Below are positions 11,980-24,135 of a stretch of 64,000 nucleotides of DNA, piece after piece. Position 1 is the stretch's first letter, and every line of letters starts with the position of its first letter. Position numbers and translations under genes: made by a program. This DNA comes from Mytilus trossulus. Taxonomy: Eukaryota. Location of the stretch: the NCBI RefSeq assembly GCF_036588685.1, contig NC_086386.1, positions 33,170,001 to 33,234,000 on the forward strand. The letters are read 5' to 3'. The notes beneath the pieces were generated by a model. It searched no databases, was not told the origin of the DNA, and saw only the letters and a program-made list of their open reading frames with translations.

Positions 11980-14900
11980 AAAGCCTCCAAACCACGGTGC
12001 TGGGTTGGGTATGAATTTCCACTCAGTTCCTTGATCGGCAAGTTTTTCTTGTATTCGGTTGTCTTTGCTTGATCTTGTAATCTTTTCGGCGGCTGCCTTG
12101 AAGGTTGTTGCATTATCGGACAACATAATCCTTGGTGTAGATCTCCGAGCGACAAATCTTTTAAAAGCAAGTATGAAAGACTCCTCAGTTAAATCTGTGA
12201 CTATCTCCAAGTGTATAGCTCGTGTGGCCGCGCAAGTGAATAAACAAATATATGTTTTGCTGAATTCGTTGTGTTTTCCTTTTGTATACAAAGCTCCTGT
12301 GAAATCAACGCCAATTACTGAAAAAGGATAATCGTAGTTGACTCGATCTTTAGGAAGCGGTGGCGGTTCGGGTGCGCTGTAAGGCATTCCTGATATTTTA
12401 ATACATTGAACGCATTTACGAATTTGTGATTTTACGCACTGTCTTATTCTCGGTATCCAATATTTCTGTTGAATATATGCGATTGTACTGTTAAGTCCGG
12501 CATGCAAAGTCTTTGTATGTGCATCCATTACAATTAAGGACGTAAGACTGTGGTGTGTTGGCAATAACAACGGATATTTAGTACTATCCTTCACAGGTGC
12601 GTTTTGAATTCTCCCGGTAAAACGTAGTACTCCATTTTTGTCTGTATATAGTTTAAGTTGTCGAACTAGTGGCACTTTTTTCTGTGAAGATAAATTCAAG
12701 CTTTCAATGTCATCCTTAAATGTTTCCTGTTGTACTGTTACTATTAGAACTTCTAATGCTTTACATCGCTCCTCAACACTGATAAATCCGATTGACCGTT
12801 TATTTCCTGAATTCCGTAAATTCTGTATAAAACGCATGACGTATGCTGTTACTCTAATTACCTTTTCTAAAGAGCTGTATCGTTGTATATCTATACATGA
12901 AATTTTCTGTGTTAAAGCATTTGTACTTTCATCGTCTGTATTTTCATCACTAACAGTTACCATCGTGCTGCATTCTTCAATTTTCCTCGTCCATGTCGGC
13001 CAATTTTCACGATTTAAAATCCATTGCGGACCGTTCATCCATAAGCTGTTGTTATAAAGTTGTTTAGCGTAAATTCCGCGAGTTAAGTAATCAGCTGGAT
13101 TGTCATCTGTTGGACAATAATTCCATTCAGCATTCTCTGTTAATTTTCGTATTTCTTTAAATCGATTTTCTACGAACGGTTTTAAGATTTTTGACGATTT
13201 AATTCAACTCAAAACAATTTGACTATCGCTCCACATATACACATGTTCTGTTGTTATGACTTTAAGAAGATGCGTTGCTAATCTGGCGCCGATAAGCGCG
13301 CCCATAAGTTCTAAACGTGGTAAAGCCTCCAAACCACGGTGCTCGGTTAGGTATGAATTTCCACTCAGTTCCTTGATCGGCAAGTTTTTCTTGTATTCGG
13401 TTGTCTTTGCTTGATCTTGTAATCTTTTCGGCGGCTGCCTTGAAGGTTGTTGCATTATCGGACAACATAATCCTTGGTGTAGATCTCCGAGCGACAAATC
13501 TTTTAAAAGCAAGTATGAAAGACTCCTCAGTTAAATCTGTGACTATCTCCAAGTGTATAGCTCGTGTGGCCGCGCAAGTGAATAAACAAATATATGTTTT
13601 GCTGAATTCGTTGTGTTTTCCTTTTGTATACAAAGCTCCTGTGAAATCAACGCCAATTACTGAAAAAGGATAATCGTAGTTGACTCGATCTTTAGGAAGC
13701 GGTGGCGGTTCGGGTGCGCTGTAAGGCATTCCTGATATTTTAATACATTGAACGCATTTACGAATTTGTGATTTTACGCACTGTCTTATTCTCGGTATCC
13801 AATATTTCTGTTGAATATATGCGATTGTACTGTTAAGTCCGGCATGCAAAGTCTTTGTATGTGCATCCATTACAATTAAGGACGTAAGACTGTGGTGTGT
13901 TGGCAATAACAACGGATATTTAGTACTATCCTTCACAGGTGCGTTTTGAATTCTCCCGGTAAAACGTAGTACTCCATTTTTGTCTGTATATAGTTTAAGT
14001 TGTCGAACTAGTGGCACTTTTTTCTGTGAAGATAAATTCAAGCTTTCAATGTCATCCTTAAATGTTTCCTGTTGTACTGTTACTATTAGAACTTCTAATG
14101 CTTTACATCGCTCCTCAACACTGATAAATCCGATTGACCGTTTATTTCCTGAATTCCGTAAATTCTGTATAAAACGCATGACGTATGCTGTTACTCTAAT
14201 TACCTTTTCTAAAGAGCTGTATCGTTGTATATCTATACATGAAATTGTCTGTGTTAAAGCATTTGTACTTTCATCGTCTGTATTTTCATCACTAACAGTT
14301 ACCATCGTGCTGCATTCTTCAATTTTCCTCGTCCATGTCGGCCAATTTTCACGATTTAAAATCCATTGCGGACCGTTCATCCATAAGCTGTTGTTATAAA
14401 GTTGTTTAGCGTAAATTCCGCGAGTTAAGTAATCAGCTGGATTGTCATCTGTTGGACAATAATTCCATTCAGCATTCTCTGTTAATTTTCGTATTTCTTT
14501 AAATCGATTTTCTACGAACGGTTTTAAGATTTTTGACGATTTAATTCAACTCAAAACAATTTGACTATCGCTCCACATATACACATGTTCAGTTGTTATG
14601 ACTTTAAGAAGATGCGTTGCTAATCTGGCGCCGATAAGCGCGCCCATAAGTTCTAAACGTGGTAAAGCCTCCAAACCACGGTGCTCGGTTAGGTATGAAT
14701 TTCCACTCAGTTCCTTGATCGGCAAGTTTTTCTTGTATTCGGTTGTCTTTGCTTGATCTTGTAATCTTTTCGGCGGCTGCCTTGAAGGTTGTTGCATTAT
14801 CGGACAACATAATCCTTGGTGTAGATCTCCGAGCGACAAATCTTTTAAAAGCAAGTATGAAAGACTCCTCAGTTAAATCTGTGACTATCTCCAAGTGTAT

Positions 14901-16007
14901 AGCTCGTGTGGCCGCGCAAGTGAATAAACAAATATATGTTTTGCTGAATTCGTTGTGTTTTCCTTTTGTATACAAAGCTCCTGTGAAATCAACGCCAATT
15001 ACTGAAAAAGGATAATCGTAGTTGACTCGATCTTTAGGAAGCGGTGGCGGTTCGGGTGCACTGTAAGGCATTCCTGATATTTTAATACATTGAACGCATT
15101 TACGAATTTGTGATTTTACGCACTGTCTTATTCTCGGTATCCAATATTTCTGTTGAATATATGCGATTGTACTGTTAAGTCCGGCATGCAAAGTCTTTGT
15201 ATGTGCATCCATTACAATTAAGGACGTAAGACTGTGGTGTGTTGGCAATAATAACGGATATTTAGTACTATCCTTCACAGGTGCGTTTTGAATTCTCCCG
15301 GTAAAACGTAGTACTCCATTTTTGTCTGTATATAGTTTAAGTTGTCGAACTAGTGGCACTTTTTTCTGTGAAGATAAATTCAAGCTTTCAATGTCATCCT
15401 TAAATGTTTCCTGTTGTACTGTTACTATTAGAACTTCTAATGCTTTACATCGCTCCTCAACACTGATAAATCCGATTGACCGTTTATTTCCTGAATTCCG
15501 TAAATTCTGTATAAAACGCATGACGTATGCTGTTACTCTAATTACCTTTTCTAAAGAGCTGTAACGTTGTATATCTATACATGAAATTGTCTGTGTTAAA
15601 GCATTTGTACTTTCATCGTCTGTATTTTCATCACTAACAGTTACCATCGTGCTGCATTCTTCAATTTTCCTCGTCCATGTCGGCCAATTTTCACGATTTA
15701 AAATCCATTGCGGACCGTTCATCCATAAGCTGTTGTTATAAAGTTGTTTAGCGTAAATTCCGCGAGTTAAGTAATCAGCTGGATTGTCATCTGTTGGACA
15801 ATAATTCCATTCAGCATTCTCTGTTAATTTTCGTATTTCTTTAAATCGATTTTCTACGAACGGTTTTAAGATTTTTGACGATTTAATTCAACTCAAAACA
15901 ATTTGACTATCGCTCCACATATACACATGTTCTGTTGTTATGACTTTAAGAAGATGCGTTGCTAATCTGGCGCCGATAAGCGCGCCCATAAGTTCTAAAC
16001 GTGGTAA
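11980..16007. repeat. Tandem triplication of a 1342-bp internal pol segment
   Basis: Units start at 11980, 13322 and 14664. The ORF sets are near-identical and offset by exactly 1342. The junctions show a 2-bp AA microhomology. Confidence 0.97.
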
Positions 16008-18258
16008 TGAAATCGGTTTTACGGGTACTACTCTGTTTTTAGCCATGACGATTACCGATGAATTTGCTGTAACTAAGTAAGCACAAGCTCCGTATGCTAA
16101 CTGACTGGCGTCTTTGAAAATATGTAGTGATGTTTTCTCGTTAATAACTCCTTCTGTTAACATTCGTGGGAATACTATTTTGGTAGCCTCCTCGATATCT
16201 AAAGCTATAACTTGCCATTTACTTCTCTGTTCGTCGGACAAACATTCATCCCAATCCAACTTTGCCCTCCATAGAGTCTGCATAAACAGCTTAGCTTTCA
16301 TCGTAATTGGTGTGATTAATCCAAGGGGGTCGAAAATTCTAGACGATGTGCGCAAAACCTCACGTTTTGTTATCATTTTGTCCTTTTCCATAAATTCAAT
16401 CTGTTGAAATTTCAAATCGTCGGATTCCCTATCCCATCTCATGCCTAAAATTTTGACTATGTCGTCATTGTCGCCAATCTTGTCTTGTCCTGCGATGTTC
16501 TGTAATTCCGTATTATTAGAATTCCAAGACGTTGAATCCTGCCTCTGATAATAATTTTCGTGACTCCGTGTAGAATTTCAAAAGTGATTGTTTATCTGTA
16601 AAACTGGTCAGAACGTTATCAACGTATAAATTTCTTTGTAATTCTGTTGATGTAGTTTTGTCTCTAAAATGTTTTATTAGCGTGGCGCTTAACAAGAATG
16701 GCGAGCAGGTGGCGCCGAAAAGTACAACCTTAAACCGATAAGTAATCAAACGGCTTTCTGTGTCCATGGGATTTTCTAACCAATAAAATCTTGTGACATC
16801 TCTGTCATCAACATCTAATTCAATATGCAAAAAAGCCTTTTCAATATCTGCTGTAACTACATATTTATACATTCTAAAGCGTACTAATATCTCCGGCAAA
16901 TCAGTCATAATTGGTGGATATGTTGCTAGGCAATCGTTAAGACAAGGACTACTGTCGTTCGCTCTACAGCTACAGTTATATACTATGCGTATCGGGGTGG
17001 TGACTGAATCCTTTTTTACGGGATGATGCGGAATGTAATGAATCTTGTTTGTGCATGTACTTTCATCACATACCTTTTCAATGAATCCTCTTTGTTCTTG
17101 GTCTGTAATTGTCTCACCATACTTTCGGAACATCTCGGGATCCTTCTTCAGTCGACGAATAACGCTTTCCGTTCTGCGTCTTGCGATGTCTTCATTTGTC
17201 GGTAGTTCTGGCGCATTCTCTCTCCATGGTAATTTCGTAATATACTTATCATTTTTCTTCGTAATAGAGGTTTGTAAGTAATTTTCAATTGATTCAGCCA
17301 GATGCATGTCATGCTTTATTAAATCCTTATATATATGAATGTTAAAAATTCGTTTTCAATTTATACTCGATTCGCTAATGTTACAAGAGTTCCATTTCAC
17401 AACTACCTCTGTTAATATAAGAATTGTATTAACAAGGTAAAAACACTTTCTAAATGATAAATTTAGCTTTTATAGGAATGGGTGGTATATTGCCAACAAT
17501 ACATGTAACCTAAAGTTGATATTTGACAAAGTAATCAATAATATAGAGTAGCGAAAAGAATGATCGTAATGTCTTGGTTTAATATTGCAAAGTGTATTAA
17601 ACAATAATCATTTGAATTTTGGATTTTAAAATACTGGTATTTCACCTATAACATAATCATGTAATTTATCGAAATCGTGCTCATAGATAGAAAATTCTAA
17701 TCATAATTTAATGCAATGATTATAATGTAAAAGAGTTGTTTCTCTTTTATTAAATCCCAAATAGAAATACATGTAACGCAATGTTTGAAATGTTAAACAA
17801 TATTCATTGGTAGTGATTATATAAAACAAAGAAAAATTGACTACAACACACTGATTTTTTATTATATTTTTATCCAAAGAAACGAATACCTTATAATTGT
17901 GTTTGGCAAAACCTTTTGGATTTTTTAAAACGAAATCAGCGTCTGGTGTCAACATTTTTATACCTGCTATCTATGATGAGTTTATTCGTATATACGCCCT
18001 TGAAATAATTCCCTGTGTATTTTTCATTCAAAACAAGTATTAAAAAATCATGTTATATTTGTAATGAAACCAAATGGAGACTGTAGATGTACTAAACACA
18101 AAGTTTTAAATTTAAACCCGTCCATCTTAGTAAAACTACAAAATAATTCGCATACAAGTACAATTATATCATAAGATAATTATTCTGATTAAGTTTCATT
18201 AGTTGGTGGTGATGTATTCAGAAAGAGAATCAGATACAATTATGTATTTTAGTTCATA

Positions 18259-18770
18259 CTGGGCTTCACAAAAGTAAAGCTCTCGGTGGGCATGTGTTAC
18301 CTTTCCACGTCAGTTTTAATCTAACGGCGTACTACAGTACATGATATATAAGGCATGTAGATGTTATTGTTACAGATCAGCTAAATTATCTATAGTAAAG
18401 GATCCTACAAATTCATGTAAGATACAGTCACAGAAAATAATTATATTCATAAGTACGTCTGAGTCAGTGACAACTCTACAACAGATTGATCCATTGGATC
18501 GCCATCAATGATGGTGATACATGGCTGTGTACATAATGTATATACAACTCGTCTAAACATCAACCCAACAATGTTAGATCTGTAAATTTGCTTTTGCAAA
18601 TGTTTGGTCCTTCCCTCGCCGGGATTCGAACCCATGCTACTGTGATATCGTGACACCAAATCGCCTACACTGCAGCCGTCCCGCTAGACCACACGACCAC
18701 CTGGGCGTCACAAAAGTAAAGCTTTCGGTGGGCATGTGTTACCTTTCCACGTCAGTTTTAATCTAGCGGC
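18259..18770 (-). mobile_element. tRNA-derived (SINE-like) unit of 442 bp with a 70-bp terminal direct repeat
   Basis: 18259-18328 matches 18701-18770 with 3 mismatches. A tRNA-like head at 18611-18706 has A box TGGTCGTGTGG and B box GGTTCGAATCC. Confidence 0.7.
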
Positions 18771-19709
18771 GATATTTCAAACAGATGACTTAAAAGAAGT
18801 AGATTAAAAGAAATACCATATAAAAAACGATAATGACAAAGAAATGCATCATCGTAAATATAACCAAAAATGAACATTCAGGGGTTACCTCAGTGCTTAA
18901 ATGATACAGAAACCAATTATTGATACATGTATGTGGCCCAAATCATGAACATAAACGCTTCATCACTGCTTAATGAGCTTAATGGGCAATTAATCTATGA
19001 ACAGTTAACACACAGTTAGTATTCAGAGGTACCTCCTTTTCTACAACAATTAAAGGGGCGGAAATTTAGCCCATAATTGGCATTTCTCATTCTTTTCAAG
19101 TTTTTTCAAATTCAATGTCTTGGAGCTAGGGATTCAGGAAAACAAACACAACGACTGTATCAGCTATGACCCTGTCATATATTGAAACAACACATATAGT
19201 TAAAATTTTGTGAATTCAAACAGTCAACTTATATTTCCAGTCTAGTTAGAGAACAAAATACTTGCAAACAATGTATAAAAATATATTAAGAAAAAAACCC
19301 ACTTAGTTTGACAAAGTAGATAGAAACACTGTTTAATGTTACACGTCTCTAATCTTTCTTTTTCCACGGAACACATGTTTCTGATCTGACTGACCACACA
19401 TATTTTTTGCATTTCACGTTTCGTCTGATGATTCTGTTTTACCTATTCCCGAGTAGGTAGGCAAATACAAGAGTCAAACTTCAAATGATATTCCAATTGC
19501 TTGCATGCTACTTTCTCTTCGAGGATTATGATGTCCATTGACTAGTAAGATGAAATGAATTCGGAAATTTTATAAAGCGAATGCTCTAACTAAACGATGG
19601 ACTGGGTCGTTGTAGAAAATTCGGATTGTTGATTTAGGATATCTGGAAGTGTTTGGCACGTAGCGGAAAGCGCAGAAATATGTCCATTAGGTAGACTAGT
19701 AATTGTATT

Positions 19710-19827
19710 TTAATTAATGTCAAGCTCAATCCCATTAATTCTGACATCTGTTGATTCATCGTTACTGAAATATTGACTAGTTGTTGAAAAAGTTGCTCTT
19801 CGTGAAAAAGAGGTCTGACTGTTTGAT
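19710..19827 (-). CDS. GPCR2 exon 2: C-tail shortened by a premature TAA
   Basis: Acceptor atttcag at 19828, phase 2, reading SNSQTSFSRRATFSTTSQYFSNDESTDVRINGIELDIN*. It aligns with the GPCR1 tail (FSTASHYLSSDES...IETDIN). The joined protein is 387 aa. Confidence 0.72.
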
Positions 19828-20289
19828 CTGAAATATATATTTATTGAATCACAATTAAAAAACATGAAGGCAAATTAAATTAGACACAAAGTGCATTTAT
19901 TAATGTGCACTACTTCAATATAGAATAATAGGTAATGCACCATACCAGCCTGGCATTCAAAATGTATAAATCAAATTCTTCATTGCATGCATTCATGGAC
20001 TGTGATCTAGTTAAAAAGGGATTTATCATATTTAAAAACGCTTTCAGAGAAATATTGAAAACAATCCTGCTATCGGGTACTCATTTTTCTGGATTGTGAA
20101 CGTGTCTGGTTCCGTTCCTTTATTTCTAACCAACTTTTATAACTTATGTTATTGAGAATTAAATAGAATAATATTAACATTTGTTTACACGACAAATCTT
20201 TCTGTGTTGGTTTGTATGATTGTGTAAATACATATTTATATTTAGATTTACATAGAAAAACACATTAATACGCCACCTGTCTACGGATA

Positions 20290-20708
20290 TATATATAAAT
20301 CGGACAACCGGATGTTGGGTTGCTGCACCTGAATGGTAATTTTTAGGAAATTTTGCTGTTTTTGGTTATTATATTGAATATTATTATAGATAGAGATAGG
20401 CTGTAAACAGCAATTATGTTCAGCAAAGTAAGATTTACAAATAAGTCAATATGACTAAAATGGTCAATTGACCCACTAAGGAGTAATGGTCCTTTACAGT
20501 CAATATTTAACAATTTTCCACTGATACTACTGGGCCAAGTTCATTATAGATAGAGATAATTGTAAGCAGCAAGAATGTTAAGTAAAGTAAGATGAACAAA
20601 CACATCACTATCATCAAAACACAATTTAGTGATTAATCCATCTGCGTCTTTTGTTTTATATTCACATAGACCAAGGTGAGCGACACAGGCTCTTTAGAGC
20701 CTCTAGTT
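20290..20708 (+). mobile_element. HINE (Helentron-associated, DINE-1/pearl-type) 3' fragment
   Basis: Ends with GGTGAGCG, then the hairpin AGGCTC-TTTA-GAGCCT and TAGTTT. The internal motif attatagatagagat is repeated near 20384 and 20544. Confidence 0.55.
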
Positions 20709-21031
20709 TGTGTTAAAAACTAGTTTAACACTGTTTCATTTTCGTGTGTAAGTCCCAAGTCTGATATTAAAATGCTTCCATCTGTATGCAATGCCAAAAT
20801 TCTGTGTACGCAATGAATATTGGGGTTCATAGTAGATCGTCCAATGTCTGTGCGTTTTTTTTTTATTTGGGACGCGAAACGCCGTCTAATTGATCTACTA
20901 ACGAGTTCCATTTATTCATTTTGTAGGGTTCACGAAAAGGTGTAAACATTAAGTTTTCAAAATGAGTCCATTGTTTTAAAAGTACATATATTTTGTGCAA
21001 TTTTTGAATTACACATTTTGAAGAAACTTAC

Positions 21032-22077
21032 CTATCTTTCTCATTGCAGCATGGCAAAAGTCCTCGGATGCTTGTCCTAATCTCAATATATATGTAAAAG
21101 CCTATAGCATAAAATGAAAACTGGAATAGATATAAAACTGCTTTCACGAGATCTAGATTTGCCTGCATTTGTACCGGTTTATTATCAGGTAAATATGAGT
21201 CTATAACGAATAAAACTGAGACTGGTAATGTTGTTATTATAAAATATAGGCTACTGAAAAATAACGTTTGCGTTATTCGTTTACTTTGACGGTTCACGCG
21301 ACGTCTACTTTGTGTGTTGGAAATTGATGTCCTACGAAAAGCAATAGATTTAAGAACTCTTTTCCCAATAAATAAGTTCATAACAAACATAATGAGAAAT
21401 GGTATGACCGAAAGCATGGCTAAGTCAATCAAAACATAAACTTTTTCCTCAAATTCATAATATTCGTCAGACGTGTTGCTGCATACATATTCGTCATCTT
21501 CTAGAATAAGACCATTTGTAAAGAAAAAGTGTAAATCCAACGCTACACAAATCACAAGAGTAACAATATACAAAGCAGCCAACGTTCTGGAAAAAGATTT
21601 TGCTCGGCAACGGAGTGAGAATTTAATTTTGAGAAATCGTATTGTTGTTATGCACACAAGAGTCCACGAAGACATATGCATAGAAAAATAAATGAGAAAT
21701 AATTGTGACACACATCCGGGCGTGCTTATATCCCGAATATCAAGGTCGAAAGTTGCCAATATCCAATACCTTGTCAGACCAACGACGAGAACAACTGTGT
21801 TTACTGTGGCTAAAATGAATAGAAATATATATGTCAAATTCTTGCAAACTTTTATTCTCCACAGGACTAACAATATTCCTGTATTTCCAATCAACCCGAA
21901 CACAAGTAGGATCGGAGAAACAATTATCCATAACCATTTTGCTGCCTCTTTTATAGCTTCTGCTTCGGCATTGGAAAAGTCAGATGAGTTGGTTGACAAG
22001 TTGAATTGGGAAGTTGTTATGTCGTAACTGTTGGAGTAGTTAAATGACAACTGGATTGCATTATCATCATCTTCCAT
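21032..22077 (-). CDS. GPCR2 exon 1: orphan 7TM receptor, close paralog of GPCR1
   Basis: Long stretches are identical to GPCR1 (AEAEAIKEAAKWLWIIVSPILLVFGLIGNTGILLVLW). Donor AG|GTAAGT at 21031. Confidence 0.93.
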
Positions 22078-23479
22078 ACAAATTTCAATCGTGAAAGTTA
22101 TCTTTTAAACGTATATTGTGTTACGTAAAACGTTGTGTTGCTTCTTATCCTATTACATTTCAAAATTTTATGTCTGAAATCACGATTTGATGAACATTAA
22201 TTCCTGAAATTTTCTATGTCAATGTTTTCCAGCCATGTTGTACGAATACATAATTTAATAACAATATTTTCCTTGTCTAATTTAAATCCATACTCGAAGA
22301 TATCACTTTTTATCTCCAAACATGTACACGTTCCATGTTTTTTTTACTCACCTGCAACGAAAGACAATTCCTCGCATGACTTAAGTCTTATGACAGAAAA
22401 GTAAGAATATAATACGTCTGTGTTAACTTCCAATTAATCTTCCAAAATATACTCCTTTTCACACATTCAAACAATGAACATGTCAACAAGTGTCAAAAGT
22501 TGTTAATCTTCGGACAATTTGTAAATAGTGAATAAAATACTCAGCTGATAACTAATAGGTGTCCATTATTTTTTTCCACCATTTTTAACTTGTAATTTTC
22601 TAAACAATTAGTGACATAGTATGTTCATTCATGTGTACTCTTTAAATATTTCTTTTTATTCAATTGTAAGATATTATTACCCAACACGGTATCATATAAT
22701 CAGGGTTGTCTGTTTATACAATGCACAAATACTCAAATTGAATCATTATATTTAAACCTACCGATATTACAAAAGTTTGCTGTGCATGTATGTTATAAAT
22801 ATGCTTTTATAACTATTGTTGAAATTAGAGCAAATAGAATTAATTCGGTTGCTTTATTATACTCTTATATGACGTAAGAATAACACGGAAGGATATTTTT
22901 ACAACAACGCCTTTCAAAAAACCAAACATTATTTACTTTTAAAAAAAAAAATTGACACACTAAAAAGTACCAGGATGGGAAGATAATTAATGATTGAACT
23001 AAACCTCTTACCATTTTTTTTAAAACGAATTGATAACGTAATCGTCACCACGCCATTATACATTTAATAGTAATAATGTTTTATAAAAAAGTTTGTTGTA
23101 GATGAATTGAAAAACAGGAAAAGGGTATTCATTAATCAGTGCTATATGTCTATATGTATTATACATGTTATAAGACGATCTGTATTTCTGTGGTTGTTTG
23201 TTTGTTGATCGATTTAATATACTCTGTACCAAACACCAGCAGACAAATGTAATCATAACATACAAGGCTGAGCTTAGTGCCGATTGTTTGAACTATAGAT
23301 GATTTATCTGTATGCCCTCTTCCGGGTTCATAAAATTACGTCATAGTTTTTAATTAAATGAATGAGTCTAATGTGCATGTGAATGTCCGTTTTAAAGGTA
23401 GAATACCAGCTTAATATATAGTGGTAGTTATTTTGTTGATATGACTTAGTCTATAAATTTACATTGCTATCTTTTGATG

Positions 23480-24135
23480 ACAATAAACTCATCCAATATA
23501 CCAGAATTAAATTTTGTATTTGCGCTAGACGCGCGTTTCGTCTACAATAGACTCATCAGTGACGCTCAAATCCAAAAAAGTTAAAAAGGCCAAATAAAGT
23601 TCGAACTTGAAGAGCATTGAAGACCAAAATTCCTAAAATACATCTAGGGTAATCTATCCCTGAGGTAGATAATATAAAAAGAAGATGTGGTATGATTGCC
23701 AATGAGACAACTATCCACAAAAGACCTAAATGATACAAACATATATAACAACTATAGGTCACCGTACGGCCTTCAACAATGAGCAAACCCATACCGCATA
23801 GTCAGCTTTAAAAGGCCCCGATAAGACAATGTAAAACAATTAAAACGAGAAAACTAACGGCCTTATTTATGTAATAAAATGAACGAAAAATAAATGTGTA
23901 ACAAATAAACAAACGACAACCACTGAATTCTAGGCTCCTGACATGGGACAGGCACATACATACCTAATGTGGCGGGGTTAAACATGTTAGCCTTGATATT
24001 TCAAAAACTCAAAATGTTTGTAAACAGTTAGTTTATAAATACAATGTATAACCATATCAATGCTAATTCTATCAGCACAGAAATGCCAACTACTAGGATG
24101 GTGATTTCTAGTGGGAATTAAAAGTCCACCATACA
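23480..24135 (-). mobile_element. Retrozyme-like monomer interrupted by a family A SINE-like insertion (about 23670-23990)
   Basis: Reverse complement of the 6515-6897 family on both sides of the insertion. Confidence 0.7.
23522..23565 (-). ncRNA. Type I hammerhead ribozyme motif, core intact
   Basis: GCGUCA-CUGAUGA-GUCU(AUUGU)AGAC-GAAAC-GCGC-GUC-UAGCGC: full catalytic core, 4-bp stem II, minimal palindromic stem III, and stem I with one mismatch. Confidence 0.8.

Larger units (their letters stand above)
11044..17310 (-). mobile_element. BEL/Pao LTR retrotransposon, 5'-truncated (no gag, protease or 5' LTR) and pseudogenised
   Basis: RT (YIPHHPV, ADIEKAF, LFGATCSPF, LYVDN; 16516-17307), Pao RNase H region (FDPLG, DASQLAYG, LPRLEL, WSDSQIVL), integrase (H2C2 zinc finger, GVDFTG, SDNA, WFGGFWE) and a C-terminal RWKHEYL...RPIVKLYPLE segment down to about 11390. 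It carries a frameshift near 16520 and in-frame stops. Confidence 0.95.

Noticed and set aside
13262-15722. Multiple functional integrase genes
   Set aside because: These are duplicated internal pol fragments with a shared upstream stop and frameshifted ends.
17340-17355. tgttaaaaattcg as a second LTR end
   Set aside because: Wrong orientation, and similarity to the 11044-11223 LTR does not extend.
18611-18706. Functional tRNA gene
   Set aside because: A and B boxes are present, but the acceptor and anticodon stems do not pair properly, and it sits in a repeat unit.
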